From positions 452,570-516,569 of the forward strand of contig JAWQFM010000003.1 of assembly GCA_033442325.1 (NCBI GenBank): 64,000 nt of DNA, written 5' to 3'. Within the stretch, counting starts at the first letter, position 1. Every line of letters starts with the position of its first letter. Source of the stretch: Salpingoeca rosetta (lineage: Eukaryota > Protista > Choanoflagellata). Made by a program: the position numbers and the translations under genes. Below the pieces are notes generated by a model. It had not been told where the DNA came from. It saw only the letters and a list, made by a program, of their open reading frames with translations, and did not search any database. Of this stretch, positions 1 through 13,557 are shown piece by piece.

Positions 1-3000
1 CCACAATGGTGAGGGCAAGGGCCTCCTCCCCCTCGGGCTGCTGATCGTTGAGGAACACCAGCTCAACTTCAGCCTCCGTCTGCCCATCGGTGAACTCAAT
101 CACCGCCCGTGGCAGAAACGCGTCACCCTCAACATGCACATTCTCAAGCAGGGCAATGTCAACGCTGGTACTTCCTGCATCACCCAGCATGTGAAGGAGC
201 CAGGGCTCGGTGTGTAGCCCCGGTGCAGCTTCAAGCGTGGATGGCAATGCCGCGCCGTTCACCCAGGCCGAGTAGCCCAGATACGAGGTGTCGATGGCAG
301 TGACGTGGTCACCCACACTTGCCTGTGCCACGGCTACAAAGCGACTGGCCTGCACATCATACACGTAAGCCACAACGTGGTGCGCGCTGATGTTGTTGTT
401 GCTGCTACTGCTGTTGTTGTTGTTGCTGTTGTTGCTGCTTGCATCTTCGTCTTGTTCGATGAGCGCAAGCAGTACTGGTGAAAACGACACACTGCTGCTG
501 CCACTGCTACTGACATGATTGAGCGAAGATACACCACGTACACCAAAGGATGGTAGGCCAAGTTGGTCCACAACTGTGTCTGCGGAGAGAACAACAATGT
601 GTACGGGCACCGTATCAGCAGCACCACCGTCTCGTGTCGAAAGCACCTCAACCACCACTGGCGGCATATCAGGGTCACGCTTCACGCCGATGAGAAGCGC
701 CCTCGTGTAGTCCTCCTGAGCATCTGCCCCACCAGCAAACACGTGTGTCCATTGTGCCACGCCGGCCAGGGCCATACTCACGTCCACAGGTTCACCGCTC
801 TCGCTGGCAGCGGCATCAGCTGTCACCTGCAACTGCTCGAGGGTGCCTTGCGGGGTCACGACAAACGCGGCCGCCGTGCCGCTGTCCGCCGACGCAACAA
901 GCAGCAGCGGAGACAACACCGTGGTCACGACCCCAACTTCTTCTGCTGTTGCTTCTGTTCCATCTGCACCAACACTGTGGCGGACAATGCCGGATGTAGC
1001 GTGGAAGCTCGTGGGGAAGACGCCCTCAACAACACTGGTCTCTGCCAGCGCGCCATCCTCCGTGACGCGCAGCAGCTTGATCTGCCCCGTCAACTGCCCT
1101 TCGTCGTTGTAGTCGCTGCCAACCGCAACATACGCCGTGCTGTTGTTCACCGCAATAAACGCCGTGCACGTTGGATTGACCGTGCTGAGGGTGGCGGTCG
1201 GCACCATAAACTCGCCGTCCAGCATGTACAGGGTGGACAGGGACGCCGAGGGGATGATGCTGTTGCGCAGACTGAAGACGGGCAGAAAAACAAACACGTT
1301 TTGTCCAACACGCCCCGTGGCCAACGACCGCACGTCTCGGTTGCTCAGCACCTGCTGGGCTTGTGCCGGTGCAACTGTTGTGGCACCAATCTCGTCAGCA
1401 TTGTTGTTGTTGTTGTTGTTGGTCTGCATCGCATAGAGAACAGTCTGCTGACGTGTCGCCACGACCGCAAACAGGGTGTCGCCTTCAGCAAACGTCACCA
1501 CGGCTTCTGGCTCTGCCTGCATCTGCACCTGAGGCCACTCGGCCACAGAACGCACCCAATCTGACAACACGCCTGTGCTGGAAGTAGCTGTTTCTGCGGA
1601 CGGCGATGTCACTGTCGAAAACAGTGACGATGCCGCTGCATCTGTTTCTTCTGCTGTGTCTGCGATTGCCTGCTCAGCTGTGCGTGCAAGTGAGAAGGCG
1701 AATTGGCCGGCCGCGCCGGAAGCGCCTGTGGCCGTCTCAAAGTCGAGAGCAACATGTACAGTCACGTTGCCAAAGGCCCCGCCCTGTGCCATATCACGCA
1801 CAAGCAGTGCCGAGTACACACCCGCAGCCTCGTTGACCCTGACCGTGCCATCGCCAGCAACCACATCGCCATTCATGTGCACAATTCGGAACACACCACG
1901 CGCGTTGTCGTTCTCGGCAATCACGATGCGCGTCTCATCCAAGGACCCAACCTCTGGTGGCAGGGTGTAGCTCTGTACAGCTGGTGGCACCATCTCAGCC
2001 ACGGAAGTGCCATCAGCCAAAGACAGGATCTCCAGCTGTGTGATGCGCACGTGGAACGCCTCTGCCAGCTCGGGATTCGTGTCATCAATCACGTCAATGT
2101 TCACGCCGACGGCGTCGCTTGTGGCCGGCAAATCCACGAACGTGGTGAGAAGCACAAAGTCTTCCACGGGAACTGCGCGCTGACGCGCAGGGTCTTGCAT
2201 GCTGCTGATGGCTTCCAAGTGCACGCGAACGGTGCCCAGGCTGCCGGAGCCTGGCGCGCGCACAACCGACAAGCGTTGTCCCTGGCGCAGTGCTGAGTCA
2301 CCCTCCGTCGTGTCAACCTCAACCTGGGACAGCTCATACACGCCAAGGGCACTGTCGCTGCTCTGCACGTTCAGCAACACTTCCTGTCTTGCGCTGGGAT
2401 CAAACACGCCGTTCTCAGACACAGACGTCAAGCGTAGCACAGCCTGCTGAGCCAGCTCTGGCACTGTGTCGGAGACCAGCTCCAGGTGAATCGGCAGCCG
2501 CCGTGTTTGCGCACCAAAGAAGGTCAGTTGGCCCGTGTGTGGTGGCAGAAACTGTGCCCGGGCTTCTCCCGTCAGCGCCCAGGTGACAACAAGTTCGCCA
2601 CTCGTCGCAACGTCAAGTCGCTGAACCCACACTGTTGCGTTGCTGGACAGCCCGCTTGTGCCCACAGCTCCATCATCGCCATTGCCAGCCACCACCGTGC
2701 CGTCATCGGCTGCGTCTTCACTCAACAGGATGGCTGCGCCAGCCGCTTCAAATGCAACGCGATCGTCGTCGGGACGGGCGACAACCGCCACCTCGCTCTG
2801 TGCTGTATCCAGCTCCCCACCGTTGTATGTCCGCAAGAGCCTCAGCGCGTATGTGTTGATGACATTGGGAACACCGTCATCCAGCAGCTGCACATCAAAG
2901 GCTGCTTGCATCACCCCAACGCCCAGCGTCACGTTGCCCTGGGCGTGGTCAAATCGTACTGCTGGTGCATCTGCCTCGATGCCGCTGCCAGCATGCACAA

Positions 3001-6000
3001 TCTCCCATTCAACAAGAATCTCTTTAAGGGCGGCCACGGAACGTGCGACGCTGATGTTGAACACATTGCCTTCTGCAGCGCTGATGCGCCTGGCACTGGT
3101 GCTGTTGGCCGCGCCGGCAACACTGACCAGCCCGCCCGGGTTGTCGCTCTCCTCAACTTCCAATCGGACCGTGCTGTTCCTGCCGCTGGTCACGCTGGCC
3201 ACGCCGCTGGCGTTCACAAGGGACACGTCAAACTGCTGCACAATCTCGGGCACAGCATCATCCACCACAAACACATCAAAGCTCACGCGCATCTCACCCT
3301 CCGCAAACACAACGCAGCCCTCTGCAGGCGACAGCTGCTGCGCTACCGAGACAGAAGCTCCTGTGGCGTGCGTTGTTGAGTTGTCTGTCACCGTTGACAT
3401 GGTATCCGTGCTCGCGTCTGACGTGGCTTGCTCCGCAGCAACCGCCATCGCCATCCAGCACACCGTGGATGTGCCCTTGGTGCTGACAGACCGCTGCACA
3501 TCAAACTGCACGCGCTGCCCTTCCGCGCCAGCCACAACAGCGACACTGCCTTGACTTGGTGACGTCATTGCTGGCGGTGCCGCCGCTGCTGCTGAGAGAG
3601 AGAACAGGCCATTGACGTCATCGTTGGCAGCAACACCCACAATCGTGGGCGTTGCAACACATTCTGGGCCAGCACCTGGGTGGGTGTACCCTTGTGGCGA
3701 GACAAGCTCGCATTGCACGATGTCCACCACAGCCAGCTCCAACCCTTCGGGCATGGTGTCATCTGCCAGCGGCAACACGACGAGCGCTTCCTCTGCGCCA
3801 GACGGAATCCGTACAGTAGCTGTCTGCGTGCTGCTGTTTTGCAAATCGGCCAGGGAGATGCTGCTGATACTGTCAGTCACTGTGGGGAACGCGTGCAGGT
3901 GAATGTCGAGAACGAACAGCAGTCCAAGATCCGTGGTTGCGCCCGTACTTGTGTTTGCACTTGTCACAGTGTCTTCCTCTGTAGCTGACACGACGAGGTG
4001 ACCCGCCGCATCTTGGTCGTACAACAGGCACAGGTCACGTGTGCTGCCAGCAAGCACGAAGGCAGCGCACTCAAAGTCAGCCTGCGTCAAACATGCACGC
4101 GCGCACGCGACAGCGTCTTCATCGCCATCACGGGCAGGCACCATGGCCGTGAAGTTTAGCAGCGCTTCGGTGGTGGCTTGAGCTGCCCCAGACGTGGCGT
4201 TGTTCTTGCTGCTGCAGCCGCTTGTCATGGCGGTCGTGGAGTTTGTGGCTGTGGTTGTGGTGTTTGATTCTGGGCCCATGCTAGCCGTGTCCAAGCAGAT
4301 TGGAATGGTGATGGGGGACTGCGACATGAACCAGTCAAGTGGGTCGAGGGGGCGAATGCGAACCGTCACATCCACCTCGCCCAGCAGCCCCAAACTGCGG
4401 ACAACGCGCAGCGCCCCACCGGCAGGGCTGTCCTCACGCACAACCTGGTTCTCGGGAATGAAGAAGCGCCCAAAGTCGTATGCGTTATCGGATGGCAATA
4501 CTGTCACGTTCGCTGTCTGTGCGCTTGCACGCACGCCCGCCATGGCGCCGGCCGTGGTGGACACCACATTCAGGGTGAGCTCAAACCACTCCGCACCCTC
4601 CGGCACCTTGTCGCCGACCACTCGCGCCGTGACGTTAACCTGCCTCTCCCCAGGCTGGAAGTGCACAATCACTGAGCCGTTGCTGACCGGCACAACGGAA
4701 GCAGTCGACGTCGATGGTGAGAGCACCACTTCGTGCGATGACGTTGTGCCGTCCGCCATGGACAGCACCAGTTCAACGCTCTCCGCAGCGCCCTGATCGC
4801 GCGTCACAGTCACAGTCACCACCTCGTCCTCCGCGGCCACGTACACGTGTTGGCTTGCGTGCTGGGTGGACTTCAAGTGCCACAGCGACAGGCCAAAGAG
4901 GCCCGCGGGAAAGTCGTCTTGAGCAACAGCAATGTCGATGACACCCATGTTGTCGACGCCTTGGACCTGTGCCATGCGTGCATCCATTGTCGTGGCGGGG
5001 AGGCTAAGCCCAAGCCGCACGGTGTAGTTGAAGTTTGCAGCCGTGTCATCACGAACTTGCACGGCCACGTCGCTTTCGCGCTGGCCTTCTTCAAACACCA
5101 CCCACGTGGGTGAAATACGGAGGTTGTTTGTGTCGGCCAGCGCAAACGTGGCCGTGTCCAGGACGCGAGCGTCGTGCTGCACTCCAACAAAGACGATGCT
5201 TGCATTCACGGCTACCAGCGCCCCACCCGTGCGGACGATATGCATGGTTGCGTTGTCGCCCTCGCTCAACTCCAGACGTGACTGCGCATACTGCACAGTG
5301 CCACCAGGAAAGTCGCTGTGGGCAATGCGCAATTGCGCTGTGTCTTGTTGGCCGAGCACGCCCTTGCTGCTGGGCGCAATGCTAAGCACCAAGGTGGCGC
5401 TCTCCGCGAGCTCGGGCACAGCGTCATCGGTGATTTCCACATCAAAGTGCAGCGTGGGCTGCGTTTCCTCGCCGTGCACGCCGGAAGCAAACACCAGTGT
5501 TCCGTTTAGCCCCGTCGACACCGCAAAGTCGCCTGCAGACGCAAGCCCCGCACTCCCCATGTTCGTGTCGTTGTGTGATGTTGCACGGCTGGATGTGTCA
5601 ATGGCCCACATGACCATCGTGTCCTCAAACGTCCCGGCAAACCGGGTCACACCAATGCGCGCCACTTGCCCTTCCTCAGTATGGACAATGGACGAGGCAA
5701 ACGCGAACCGCCCATAAGGGTCGTCGCTCTCCTCAATCACCACCACGCGCTTCTCGGTGTTGCCGGTGCTGTCCGTGGCAATGCTCAGTGCACCACCAAG
5801 CGCGTCGCTGGCAGCAACTGCTATATCGTCATTGCCACTGCTGCTGCTGCCTGCGTCAGTGCTCAACACCAGCCGCGCGTTGCTCAGGTGCACAAACACC
5901 TGCTCCTGCACTTCAGGCAACTCGTCGTCGAGAATGTCAAGCGTAATCACCTTCTCCGCCTCACCTGCAGCAAAGTCGAGTGTCGTGTGCAGACCAACAT

Positions 6001-9000
6001 AGTCCAGACCCTCCACGCTGGCATTGGCCGTGCTGTACGTCTCCCGAACATACACCGTCCACTCGCTCAGGACATCAGCGATGTCGGAAATGCCCACAGT
6101 GGGTTCACGTTGAAGAGCAAAGAGCGCACAAGTGAAAGTGGAGGCGGCACCATTGCTGCCTCTGACATTGCGTGTATCTGTCGCGTTGAGATCAGCGGCA
6201 TTACTGGTGGTGCTGTTGCTGGTGGTGTTGGGTTGAAACCAGCCAAACGCCACACAATCGACGGTGGCGTTGGTGATGCACATGCTTGCACACTCCTCCA
6301 CTTTGCTTGCAGCTGACCAGCTTGCAACGGTGACGTCGCTGACGTCCATGGTGCTGGTGCTATTCCCGCTGCTGTCGCCTGTGGTTGCGCTGGCGTTCTG
6401 AGTCTGTGCAAGCATTTCGGCCACATCAACCATTGCCATTGGCAAAGAAAAGAGTGACATCAACTCGTCTGCCGTGTCCACATCAACGAGAACACGACCC
6501 TCAGTGCCACGCAGCCGCTGCACGCGGATGGTCGCCTGCGACGACTCCCCATCACCGCCCTCCGCCACCCGTGAGCGAAGCACCGCAAAGGAGAACAGGC
6601 CGTACGCGTTGTCGTTGGCTGCAATGCCAATGTCCAGTGATGCTGCGGCGCCTTGCGCCACAGAGATCTCGGCACCGCGCGCAGAGAGAATGAGCAGCGA
6701 AAACGCCTCGGGCAGTTCAGGTACCGTGTCATCGACGACAGTAAAGGCGAGGCTTGCTGTGGTTTGCCCAATTTCCAGCGTCGTCGTGCCGGCCGCAGGG
6801 ACAATATCGCCAGTGTCCGGCTCAATCGCCCACTGCACCACGACGCGATCGTAGGCGGACGGTCCGCGGCGCAGGGTCGCCGAGAATGCAGCGCCCTCCT
6901 TCAGCGACAGCAGAGTGGGCGGTGCCGGTGCAAACGCCACAGCACACTCGGGGCAAGAGCGCAGCACGAATGTCGCCTCGTCACGCACAACGCGGCTTTC
7001 ACCCAGGCTGTTAGTGACGTTGACAATGTACACGGTCAGCCCTTGCCCGTCAGGGATGTCTGCCACGACAGAGGCACTGAGAGGCACCACCACTGTGGCG
7101 CGGTCGCTGTCAGCAGCATCGCCATCAGTTACCTCACCAAACCACCTTGCTGGAAACACCACGGTGGCACGGAAGCGGCTCAGGTCGTGTGTGGTACTGC
7201 GCTGTGCTGCTGTGGCGCGAGCAGCAAGCTGCACGACGACGTCACCGTAGTATCCGACGCTCCTCTGTACGGTCACAGTCACGTTTCCTTCTCCGCGCAG
7301 AACATCCACTGCACCCAGCGGCTGTACGAGCTCAAGCACGCCATATGCGTCGTCGCTGGAGTCCACTACCACCGCAGCATCCAGCAGCACAGTGCCCGCA
7401 CCAACGACCGTCGCGCCTTCACTGCCACGCCGCGCAGGCAGGAGGGGGATGAGGGATCCAGTACCGGAAACTGCTGTACTGGATGCTGTTGTGGCTGTCA
7501 GGGACAGCGTGCCTTCCTTTGGCAGCTCAGGTACCGTGTTGTCCACCGGGGCAAGCGTGAACCCTGCCTCTGTCTGGCCGTGGGCAAGCACCACTTGCTG
7601 TGGAAACGTCAAGTCGTCCATGCGCAAGGTGGCGCTTTCTCCCTGCTTGATTCTGGAGATTTGCTCCGAGGCCGCGCCCAAGGAGACGTTCAGGTACACG
7701 GCACCAAATGAGCCAGCAACACGCTTCACAGACAGCACGGCAACGGTGTTGCCTGTCTCAGCCAGCGTAACCATGGCTCTTGTCCCGTTGGAGCTGCTAT
7801 CAACACTGATTTGTGCTTCACCGCTGTTGATGCGCGTCGTATTGACACTCGTGCCATTGCTGTGGATGGTTGTGTTGACGTACTCCCACAGCAGGACGCC
7901 AAAGCGCGCCTCTTGGGGTGGCGTGACGAGAGTGGTCACGCGGGGACCAAGGCGCGGCGAGACCCCCTGTGGTGTTGTCACTACCGTGCCATCCTGCTGC
8001 TCCACAGAGATGACGGTTACGCAGAAGCGTGTGTTCTCTGCGAGCGACAATGAAAACGTGTCGGGAATGGGCACATTCGCTGATGCGACTGCCTGCCCTT
8101 CCGCAAATGGCACTTGCACAACCTCCTGCAGACCTTCCTCCGCCACGGAAACACAGCCGGCGTTGTTGTGGTCAATGTGCAGCCGCACGCGTGCGCGAAT
8201 GTCGGAGAAGAGCCCTCCAGAGCGTGCCAGTGTAAAGGACAGGTTGCGGTGCGTTGCAGATGCGATCACGCCGGCAGCAGCAAGGTCAACCACGCCATGG
8301 GGGTCGTCATTGGGAAGAATGGTCACAATGGCCGTCGATGCGTCCTGGGCAATGCTTGACGCACCAGGCGTCTCGCCCAAGGTCACCGCTGCCACTTGCT
8401 CAAGCTCCGGCACGCTGTCGTCCACAACGCGAAGCGTCAGCGTGGATGTGCTTTGGCCATCCTCAAACCACACGCTGCCATTGTGCGGTTGCAAAGAGGC
8501 TGCAGCGCCGCTGCCATCGGTGCTGACCGTGAACGGGACCGCCAGGCGCCCAAGCGTGCTCACTGTGCGCTGCACCGACAAGGTGATGGTGCGGTTTGTC
8601 TCTGCCACCGTATTCAGCCCAAGGACGAGCGACGCCGGTGCGAAGCGAAAGAGCCCACGCGCGTTGTCGTTTTCCGGGATGCGCACCAGCGTGTGGGTCG
8701 GGGCACCTGCTACCATAGCGTCCAGCTGCAGGTCCTCTGCTGCTAGCGTGCCCGCCCCGCTCACGACAGAGCCCAGCTTCACAACAAAGCCTTCGTCCAG
8801 CTCGGGCTGGCCGTCGGCTGCGATGGCAAACGCAACCTGCGCCACTTGCTGTCCGGGTGCAAACACCACCGTCGCAAGCAGCTCATCAACGGAGACCGGC
8901 ACCAGAGACACAGCGCTGTTGCTGCTGCTGGTGGTGGTGCTGGCGGCGGCGGTGCCAGAGTTGTTATTGATACTGTCTGATGCTGTCGCTGAGAGGGAAA

Positions 9001-12000
9001 AGTCGCTGCCGGCAAGCGTGGGAAGAACGCGTGTTGGATTCAGGGTGCTTCTATAGGCAGCGTCGCCGCCCAGTGGCGTGGCGATGTGCTGCTCCGTGCC
9101 GTTCACCAGCACATGCAAAGTGACCCGCATGCTGCCAAACAGGCCGCCGCGCCTGACGATGCCAACCTGGGCACGCTGACCCTCGCTCGACACAACAAGC
9201 GAGGAGAGGAGCTCGGGGCGCCCGTACGGGTCGTCGTTCTCCAGGATGGCCACCTGCAGCACGTCGCCGGCCATGATTGCTGGCTCAGCGGGCTGCGTGG
9301 CGGTCGTCTCAAGCAGCACGGGCGAGCCCAGCACAACCCACACCACTTCGGTCACCTCTGGCACAGCGTCCTCAAGCACGCTTAGCACAAGTTGCTTGTG
9401 CGTTTCGCCGTCCTCGAAGATGACGCTGCTTGTGCTCAACAAAACGTCGCCACCGGGACCGGTGTCGGCAAAAGCTGAGGCCGTTTGGTTGTAATCATAG
9501 TTTGCATTCGGCGCTGCTGCGCCATTGTCAGGGTCACCGCCATCGTCGCTGCTTTGGTTCTGCAGCTCCCGCGCCCCAATGAGCTCCACAGGAACCTGCA
9601 CAGTGCCCTCGGTGCCAAACGTGCGCGTCACGGAGATGGTGACGGCTGCCGGCTCTGACACCGCCACCGCACGGATAACGCGCAGGGTAAAGGTGCCTTG
9701 CTCCACGGAAGGAACAACGGTGCCATCAGCCGACAGGTGGACGTCAAATGGAGCCGAGGTGTCGTCGAACGCGACATGAGCACCGCTTGCACCGGTGATG
9801 TTGGCGCTGAAGAGCCCGTGTGGGAAGTCGCTTGCCTCCAGGGTGATGCTGGCCAGGATGCGCTGTGCATCGAAGCGCGCGCCACCGCTCAGCTCCGTCA
9901 GCGCAAGCACAAACTCGTCCTGGTACTCTGGGATTGTGTCGTCCTCGATGCTGATGATGATGGGAACAGAGGCGACGCCTTGCTCAAGCACCACCACCCC
10001 AGATGTCGGGTGCAGTGCGGTGATGGTGCTAGTTAGGGCAGACCGGAGCTCCCAGCCAACCGTTGTGCGGCCCACTGTACCTTGGGCGCGGTGCACAAAC
10101 ACCGTCATGCTGCCGTCTTCCTCCTGAACCCGCAGCGTGAGCGAGTCGTTGCGAACGCCAACCACCCCATACGGGTCGTCGCTGGCGAGGACTGTCAGTG
10201 CAACGGTGCCATTTGTGATGCCACTATCGCTGCTGCCGTCGTCACCGCCACTGCCATTCGCAGCATACTCCGCGTCGGTTTTGAGCCTCGCACCACCGGT
10301 GGCGTTGATCAGCCGCAGTGTAAAGGCAGCGTCCAGCTCGGGAAGCGTATCGTCAGCGACGGAAATTGCAATGGATGCTTCCCGCACACCATCCCCAAAA
10401 GTAACCACGCCACTGCTACGCACAAAGGCTGGTGGCGGTGCTGTCGTTGTCATTGTTGTTGTTGTTGGTGGTGGTGCTGGAGACTGCGGGACAATCTCCC
10501 ACTGGGCCTGCACAATGCCAAAGGCGCCGCGTGTGCGAACAACGGGCACCAGCAGCGTGCTCGGAGCAATCGCCCCTGTACCTTCCTCGCCGGGCGATGG
10601 GGGTTCTGCAAGCGTAACAGAGGCACCAAAGTCGGGTGCGATGGCCAGAACACCATTTGCATCGTCACTCGCAGGCACGACAATTGTCTTGCGCGTGCCT
10701 TGGGGCGCAAAGGCCGACTGGTTTGTGTAGCCGCCAGAGATGCTGGTGAGCGTGAGGATGTGCGTGCTCTCCAGCTCCGGCACATCGTCGGGGACGATGG
10801 GGACAACCAGTGTGGCGTTGATGGCCGCTTCTTCAAACGTCAGGGTGCCGTTGAGGGTGGAGAAGCTCGCGGCGTCACTCGTGGCGAGGTGCCACGCAAC
10901 CTCCACTGCACCAAACGCACCCGCATTGCGTTTGACGACAATGCCGGCGGGTTGCTCGCCCGCTTCGGGCTCACGCACGACCACAAGCGCTTGGTCCGGC
11001 TGCTCAAAGGAGAAGACGCCCGATGCCATGTCGTTGGCGGGAATCACGACCGTGCAAACGGTCTGGTTGCCGAGGGCGGTGGCGTGGGTGAGGTCCTGAT
11101 TGATGGGCCGCACGCTCTCGAGCACAAGCTGCAGTGCCTCGTCCGCCTCGGGCTCGTCGTCGTGCAGGACGGTGACGCTGACCGCCTGTGATGCCTGACC
11201 CTCCGTGAAGAGGAGTGCAGAGACGGCGTCAATGTAGTCCACCCCACGCGAGGCGGCCGCAATGCCAGGTGCGCCCGCCAGGATGCGGTAGCGCACAAGC
11301 ACGCTGCCCCTTGTTGTCGTGCGCGTGATGGCGACGGACGCCGTGCGGAAGAGATCGTTCGACGGCTCAGGCACGGAGACATACGCGGCGCCCAGCTCAA
11401 ACACGCCCAGGGGCGCGTCACTCGCTTCAATGGCAAAGTCGATTGCGAATGCGCTGGGGTGCGCCGTGGAGATGACGGCGCCGTTGGTGGCGTTGCCGAG
11501 CGTCAGCGTGAACACCTGCCTCAGCTCCGGGATGTCATCGTCAGTCGCAGCGATGACAATGTGCCCGGTCGTCTGTACGTCCTCAAACACGAGCGTGCCG
11601 CGCCAGCTGTCCAGGTTGTCCGCAGGGGACCCAAATTCCACCACGTCCGGGGATGCCGATGCCAGTGCTGCCGCTGACGGTGCCACGCGCCAGTCCACGG
11701 TGACGGTGCCGTGCGTTCCCCACAGGCGCTGCACGGCGACGCTGAGCGGGTGCGTGCTGCCTTCCAGCAGACTGATGGAGGCGGTGTCTTCGAGCTGCAG
11801 CAGGCCGTTTGGGAAGTCATTGCGCGGTACGATGACCCGCGCCGTCGTGCTTGTGCCCAGCGCTGCCTGGTCTGCGCTGAAGCTGATGCTGCTGGCCCGT
11901 GTCAGCTGCAGCGCCCACTCCTCCGTAAACTCTGGGATGTCATCCGCGGCGACTTCAAACTCGAGCAAGGCCCATGTTTGGCCTGGCTGAAACCCCAGCA

Positions 12001-13459
12001 CGCCCGATCTCGGCGCGGACGCTGTGTTGTTGGACGTTGCTGCCCACTCGAGGCGTGCCTCGCCAAACGCGGCGCCGGTGCGGGTAACGTTGAAGATGGC
12101 CACGTGCGGCTGCAGTGCGTCCTCATCGGGCTCTGCAATGACAACCACGGGTGAAGCACCGCTGCTGGCGGTTGCGGTGTTGAGCTGAAACTGGAATTGG
12201 CCGCCAGCGACGTCGCTCGCTTGGATGACGACGAGCATGGACGAGTTTTCAAACACACGCGCTGCGGCGGTGCCTTCGGCGGTACCAGACAGCGCCAGAG
12301 TTACAACAAAGGCCTCGTTCGGCTCCGCGACAGCGTCCGTGCTCAGCGGTACGAGGACGGTTGCCGTTGTTTGGCCCTCTGCAAAGGTGACAACCCGAGA
12401 GACAGGGGTGTAGTCCTGCGCTGGTGTTGCTGTTGCGAGGACGAGCGGGTCGTCCGCGAACCAGTCGAAGCTGCTCTGGACGGCGGCAGAGACCGCACTG
12501 GCGTCGCTGGTTGTCTCGACGAGGACCTGCGCCGTACCCAGCGCGCCGGAAGCACGGGCAATGGTGAGGGCGGCGGCGTGGCTGGCGGTGCCTGTTTTCT
12601 CGCGCACGCCCAGCTCTGCCAGGGCGAAGGAGAAGCTGCCCAGCGGGTAGTCATTGGCGCTGATGACGACGTCCATGCTGGTCAGGTCGGAGTTGGCGGA
12701 GAGGGAGGCGCCGCCGCTGACAACCTGGGTGAGGCTGAGCACAAACGACTCCTGCAGCTCAGGCACGTCATCGTTGATGACGGGAATGATGAGGTTGACG
12801 GAGGAGTCGCCCTGGTCGAAGACGAGGGTGCCCGATGCGAGGGCAAAGTCGTCCTCGCCGCCGCCGATCTCCCACGCCACGGTCTGCTCGCCAAAGCGGC
12901 CGCCAGACCGCCCAATGACGGCAATGAGCGCGCTGCCCTCGCTTGTGACGGTGGGCCCGCTGGGACCACCAAAGTTGATGAAGGCGATGGTGCCGTACGG
13001 ATTCTCGTTGAGCGGGACGGTGACGGTGAACGCGTCCTGGGCTATGGAGACGCCGGAAACGGGCGCAAGGAGGCTGAGGCGCAAGGCGAAGGTCTCGTTG
13101 AGCTCTGGCCCATCGTTTGACTCAACCACAAACACCCACGACGCAGAGGAGCTGCCGGCAAACAGGGCAAACTGTGCCTGCATGGGGAAGAAGTCGTCAG
13201 ACTCCAGCGTCTGCGTCTGGATGGGGTCGACGGTGATCTCAACAATGACGTTGCTGGGCAAGGGCTCCGATGCGGACACGAGCACGGACAGGGCGTCGCC
13301 TTCCCGCGCAACGGCGCAGTCCTCGCCCTGCGCCAAGGAGGCGCATTGCCTCTGGATGCTCAGCTGTGTTGTGGCGTGTGCGGGACTCACGACACAGAGC
13401 GCAAGCAGGCACAGCATGGCCACCACACGTGCCATCGCTGGCCACCTTTCCGCTGTCAT
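1..13459 (-). CDS. ADGRV1: Giant secreted/membrane Calx-beta repeat protein with two PAN-like modules and an EAR/EPTP-like region; ADGRV1 (VLGR1/GPR98)-like; C-terminus lies beyond the left edge
   Basis: ATG at 13459 begins [29 protein letters not shown] (signal peptide). The same frame at positions 2-110 reads [35 protein letters not shown]. Every segment I translated is stop-free, and the ORF track lists no minus ORF in this frame, consistent with an open frame of 4486 codons. More than 20 Calx-beta signatures (e.g. [66 protein letters not shown]). GAIN/7TM not visible, so the symbol is provisional. Confidence 0.85.
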   Translation of the reverse strand, partial: MTAERWPAMARVVAMLCLLALCVVSPAHATTQLSIQRQCASLAQGEDCAVAREGDALSVLVSASEPLPSNVIVEITVDPIQTQTLESDDFFPMQAQFALFAGSSSASWVFVVESNDGPELNETFALRLSLLAPVSGVSIAQDAFTVTVPLNENPYGTIAFINFGGPSGPTVTSEGSALIAVIGRSGGRFGEQTVAWEIGGGEDDFALASGTLVFDQGDSSVNLIIPVINDDVPELQESFVLSLTQVVSGGASLSANSDLTSMDVVISANDYPLGSFSFALAELGVREKTGTASHAAALTIARASGALGTAQVLVETTSDASAVSAAVQSSFDWFADDPLVLATATPAQDYTPVSRVVTFAEGQTTATVLVPLSTDAVAEPNEAFVVTLALSGTAEGTAAARVFENSSMLVVIQASDVAGGQFQFQLNTATASSGASPVVVIAEPDEDALQPHVAIFNVTRTGAAFGEARLEWAATSNNTASAPRSGVLGFQPGQTWALLEFEVAADDIPEFTEEWALQLTRASSISFSADQAALGTSTTARVIVPRNDFPNGLLQLEDTASISLLEGSTHPLSVAVQRLWGTHGTVTVDWRVAPSAAALASASPDVVEFGSPADNLDSWRGTLVFEDVQTTGHIVIAATDDDIPELRQVFTLTLGNATNGAVISTAHPSAFAIDFAIEASDAPLGVFELGAAYVSVPEPSNDLFRTASVAITRTTTRGSVLVRYRILAGAPGIAAASRGVDYIDAVSALLFTEGQASQAVSVTVLHDDEPEADEALQLVLESVRPINQDLTHATALGNQTVCTVVIPANDMASGVFSFEQPDQALVVVREPEAGEQPAGIVVKRNAGAFGAVEVAWHLATSDAASFSTLNGTLTFEEAAINATLVVPIVPDDVPELESTHILTLTSISGGYTNQSAFAPQGTRKTIVVPASDDANGVLAIAPDFGASVTLAEPPSPGEEGTGAIAPSTLLVPVVRTRGAFGIVQAQWEIVPQSPAPPPTTTTMTTTAPPPAFVRSSGVVTFGDGVREASIAISVADDTLPELDAAFTLRLINATGGARLKTDAEYAANGSGGDDGSSDSGITNGTVALTVLASDDPYGVVGVRNDSLTLRVQEEDGSMTVFVHRAQGTVGRTTVGWELRSALTSTITALHPTSGVVVLEQGVASVPIIISIEDDTIPEYQDEFVLALTELSGGARFDAQRILASITLEASDFPHGLFSANITGASGAHVAFDDTSAPFDVHLSADGTVVPSVEQGTFTLRVIRAVAVSEPAAVTISVTRTFGTEGTVQVPVELIGARELQNQSSDDGGDPDNGAAAPNANYDYNQTASAFADTGPGGDVLLSTSSVIFEDGETHKQLVLSVLEDAVPEVTEVVWVVLGSPVLLETTATQPAEPAIMAGDVLQVAILENDDPYGRPELLSSLVVSSEGQRAQVGIVRRGGLFGSMRVTLHVLVNGTEQHIATPLGGDAAYRSTLNPTRVLPTLAGSDFSLSATASDSINNNSGTAAASTTTSSSNSAVSLVPVSVDELLATVVFAPGQQVAQVAFAIAADGQPELDEGFVVKLGSVVSGAGTLAAEDLQLDAMVAGAPTHTLVRIPENDNARGLFRFAPASLVLGLNTVAETNRTITLSVQRTVSTLGRLAVPFTVSTDGSGAAASLQPHNGSVWFEDGQSTSTLTLRVVDDSVPELEQVAAVTLGETPGASSIAQDASTAIVTILPNDDPHGVVDLAAAGVIASATHRNLSFTLARSGGLFSDIRARVRLHIDHNNAGCVSVAEEGLQEVVQVPFAEGQAVASANVPIPDTFSLSLAENTRFCVTVISVEQQDGTVVTTPQGVSPRLGPRVTTLVTPPQEARFGVLLWEYVNTTIHSNGTSVNTTRINSGEAQISVDSSSNGTRAMVTLAETGNTVAVLSVKRVAGSFGAVYLNVSLGAASEQISRIKQGESATLRMDDLTFPQQVVLAHGQTEAGFTLAPVDNTVPELPKEGTLSLTATTASSTAVSGTGSLIPLLPARRGSEGATVVGAGTVLLDAAVVVDSSDDAYGVLELVQPLGAVDVLRGEGNVTVTVQRSVGYYGDVVVQLAARATAAQRSTTHDLSRFRATVVFPARWFGEVTDGDAADSDRATVVVPLSASVVADIPDGQGLTVYIVNVTNSLGESRVVRDEATFVLRSCPECAVAFAPAPPTLLSLKEGAAFSATLRRGPSAYDRVVVQWAIEPDTGDIVPAAGTTTLEIGQTTASLAFTVVDDTVPELPEAFSLLILSARGAEISVAQGAAASLDIGIAANDNAYGLFSFAVLRSRVAEGGDGESSQATIRVQRLRGTEGRVLVDVDTADELMSLFSLPMAMVDVAEMLAQTQNASATTGDSSGNSTSTMDVSDVTVASWSAASKVEECASMCITNATVDCVAFGWFQPNTTSNSTTSNAADLNATDTRNVRGSNGAASTFTCALFALQREPTVGISDIADVLSEWTVYVRETYSTANASVEGLDYVGLHTTLDFAAGEAEKVITLDILDDELPEVQEQVFVHLSNARLVLSTDAGSSSSGNDDIAVAASDALGGALSIATDSTGNTEKRVVVIEESDDPYGRFAFASSIVHTEEGQVARIGVTRFAGTFEDTMVMWAIDTSSRATSHNDTNMGSAGLASAGDFAVSTGLNGTLVFASGVHGEETQPTLHFDVEITDDAVPELAESATLVLSIAPSSKGVLGQQDTAQLRIAHSDFPGGTVQYAQSRLELSEGDNATMHIVRTGGALVAVNASIVFVGVQHDARVLDTATFALADTNNLRISPTWVVFEEGQRESDVAVQVRDDTAANFNYTVRLGLSLPATTMDARMAQVQGVDNMGVIDIAVAQDDFPAGLFGLSLWHLKSTQHASQHVYVAAEDEVVTVTVTRDQGAAESVELVLSMADGTTSSHEVVLSPSTSTASVVPVSNGSVIVHFQPGERQVNVTARVVGDKVPEGAEWFELTLNVVSTTAGAMAGVRASAQTANVTVLPSDNAYDFGRFFIPENQVVREDSPAGGALRVVRSLGLLGEVDVTVRIRPLDPLDWFMSQSPITIPICLDTASMGPESNTTTTATNSTTAMTSGCSSKNNATSGAAQATTEALLNFTAMVPARDGDEDAVACARACLTQADFECAAFVLAGSTRDLCLLYDQDAAGHLVVSATEEDTVTSANTSTGATTDLGLLFVLDIHLHAFPTVTDSISSISLADLQNSSTQTATVRIPSGAEEALVVLPLADDTMPEGLELAVVDIVQCELVSPQGYTHPGAGPECVATPTIVGVAANDDVNGLFSLSAAAAAPPAMTSPSQGSVAVVAGAEGQRVQFDVQRSVSTKGTSTVCWMAMAVAAEQATSDASTDTMSTVTDNSTTHATGASVSVAQQLSPAEGCVVFAEGEMRVSFDVFVVDDAVPEIVQQFDVSLVNASGVASVTSGRNSTVRLEVEESDNPGGLVSVAGAANSTSARRISAAEGNVFNISVARSVAALKEILVEWEIVHAGSGIEADAPAVRFDHAQGNVTLGVGVMQAAFDVQLLDDGVPNVINTYALRLLRTYNGGELDTAQSEVAVVARPDDDRVAFEAAGAAILLSEDAADDGTVVAGNGDDGAVGTSGLSSNATVWVQRLDVATSGELVVTWALTGEARAQFLPPHTGQLTFFGAQTRRLPIHLELVSDTVPELAQQAVLRLTSVSENGVFDPSARQEVLLNVQSSDSALGVYELSQVEVDTTEGDSALRQGQRLSVVRAPGSGSLGTVRVHLEAISSMQDPARQRAVPVEDFVLLTTFVDLPATSDAVGVNIDVIDDTNPELAEAFHVRITQLEILSLADGTSVAEMVPPAVQSYTLPPEVGSLDETRIVIAENDNARGVFRIVHMNGDVVAGDGTVRVNEAAGVYSALLVRDMAQGGAFGNVTVHVALDFETATGASGAAGQFAFSLARTAEQAIADTAEETDAAASSLFSTVTSPSAETATSSTGVLSDWVRSVAEWPQVQMQAEPEAVVTFAEGDTLFAVVATRQQTVLYAMQTNNNNNNNADEIGATTVAPAQAQQVLSNRDVRSLATGRVGQNVFVFLPVFSLRNSIIPSASLSTLYMLDGEFMVPTATLSTVNPTCTAFIAVNNSTAYVAVGSDYNDEGQLTGQIKLLRVTEDGALAETSVVEGVFPTSFHATSGIVRHSVGADGTEATAEEVGVVTTVLSPLLLVASADSGTAAAFVVTPQGTLEQLQVTADAAASESGEPVDVSMALAGVAQWTHVFAGGADAQEDYTRALLIGVKRDPDMPPVVVEVLSTRDGGAADTVPVHIVVLSADTVVDQLGLPSFGVRGVSSLNHVSSSGSSSVSFSPVLLALIEQDEDASSNNSNNNNSSSSNNNISAHHVVAYVYDVQASRFVAVAQASVGDHVTAIDTSYLGYSAWVNGAALPSTLEAAPGLHTEPWLLHMLGDAGSTSVDIALLENVHVEGDAFLPRAVIEFTDGQTEAEVELVFLNDQQPEGEEALALTIV

Positions 13460-13521
13460 TTTGTTCTGGGCTCGTACGGGGCGCACCTGCAACCCCTTTA
13501 TGGCGTACGTGTGCGAGAGAA

Positions 13522-13557
<36 letters not shown>

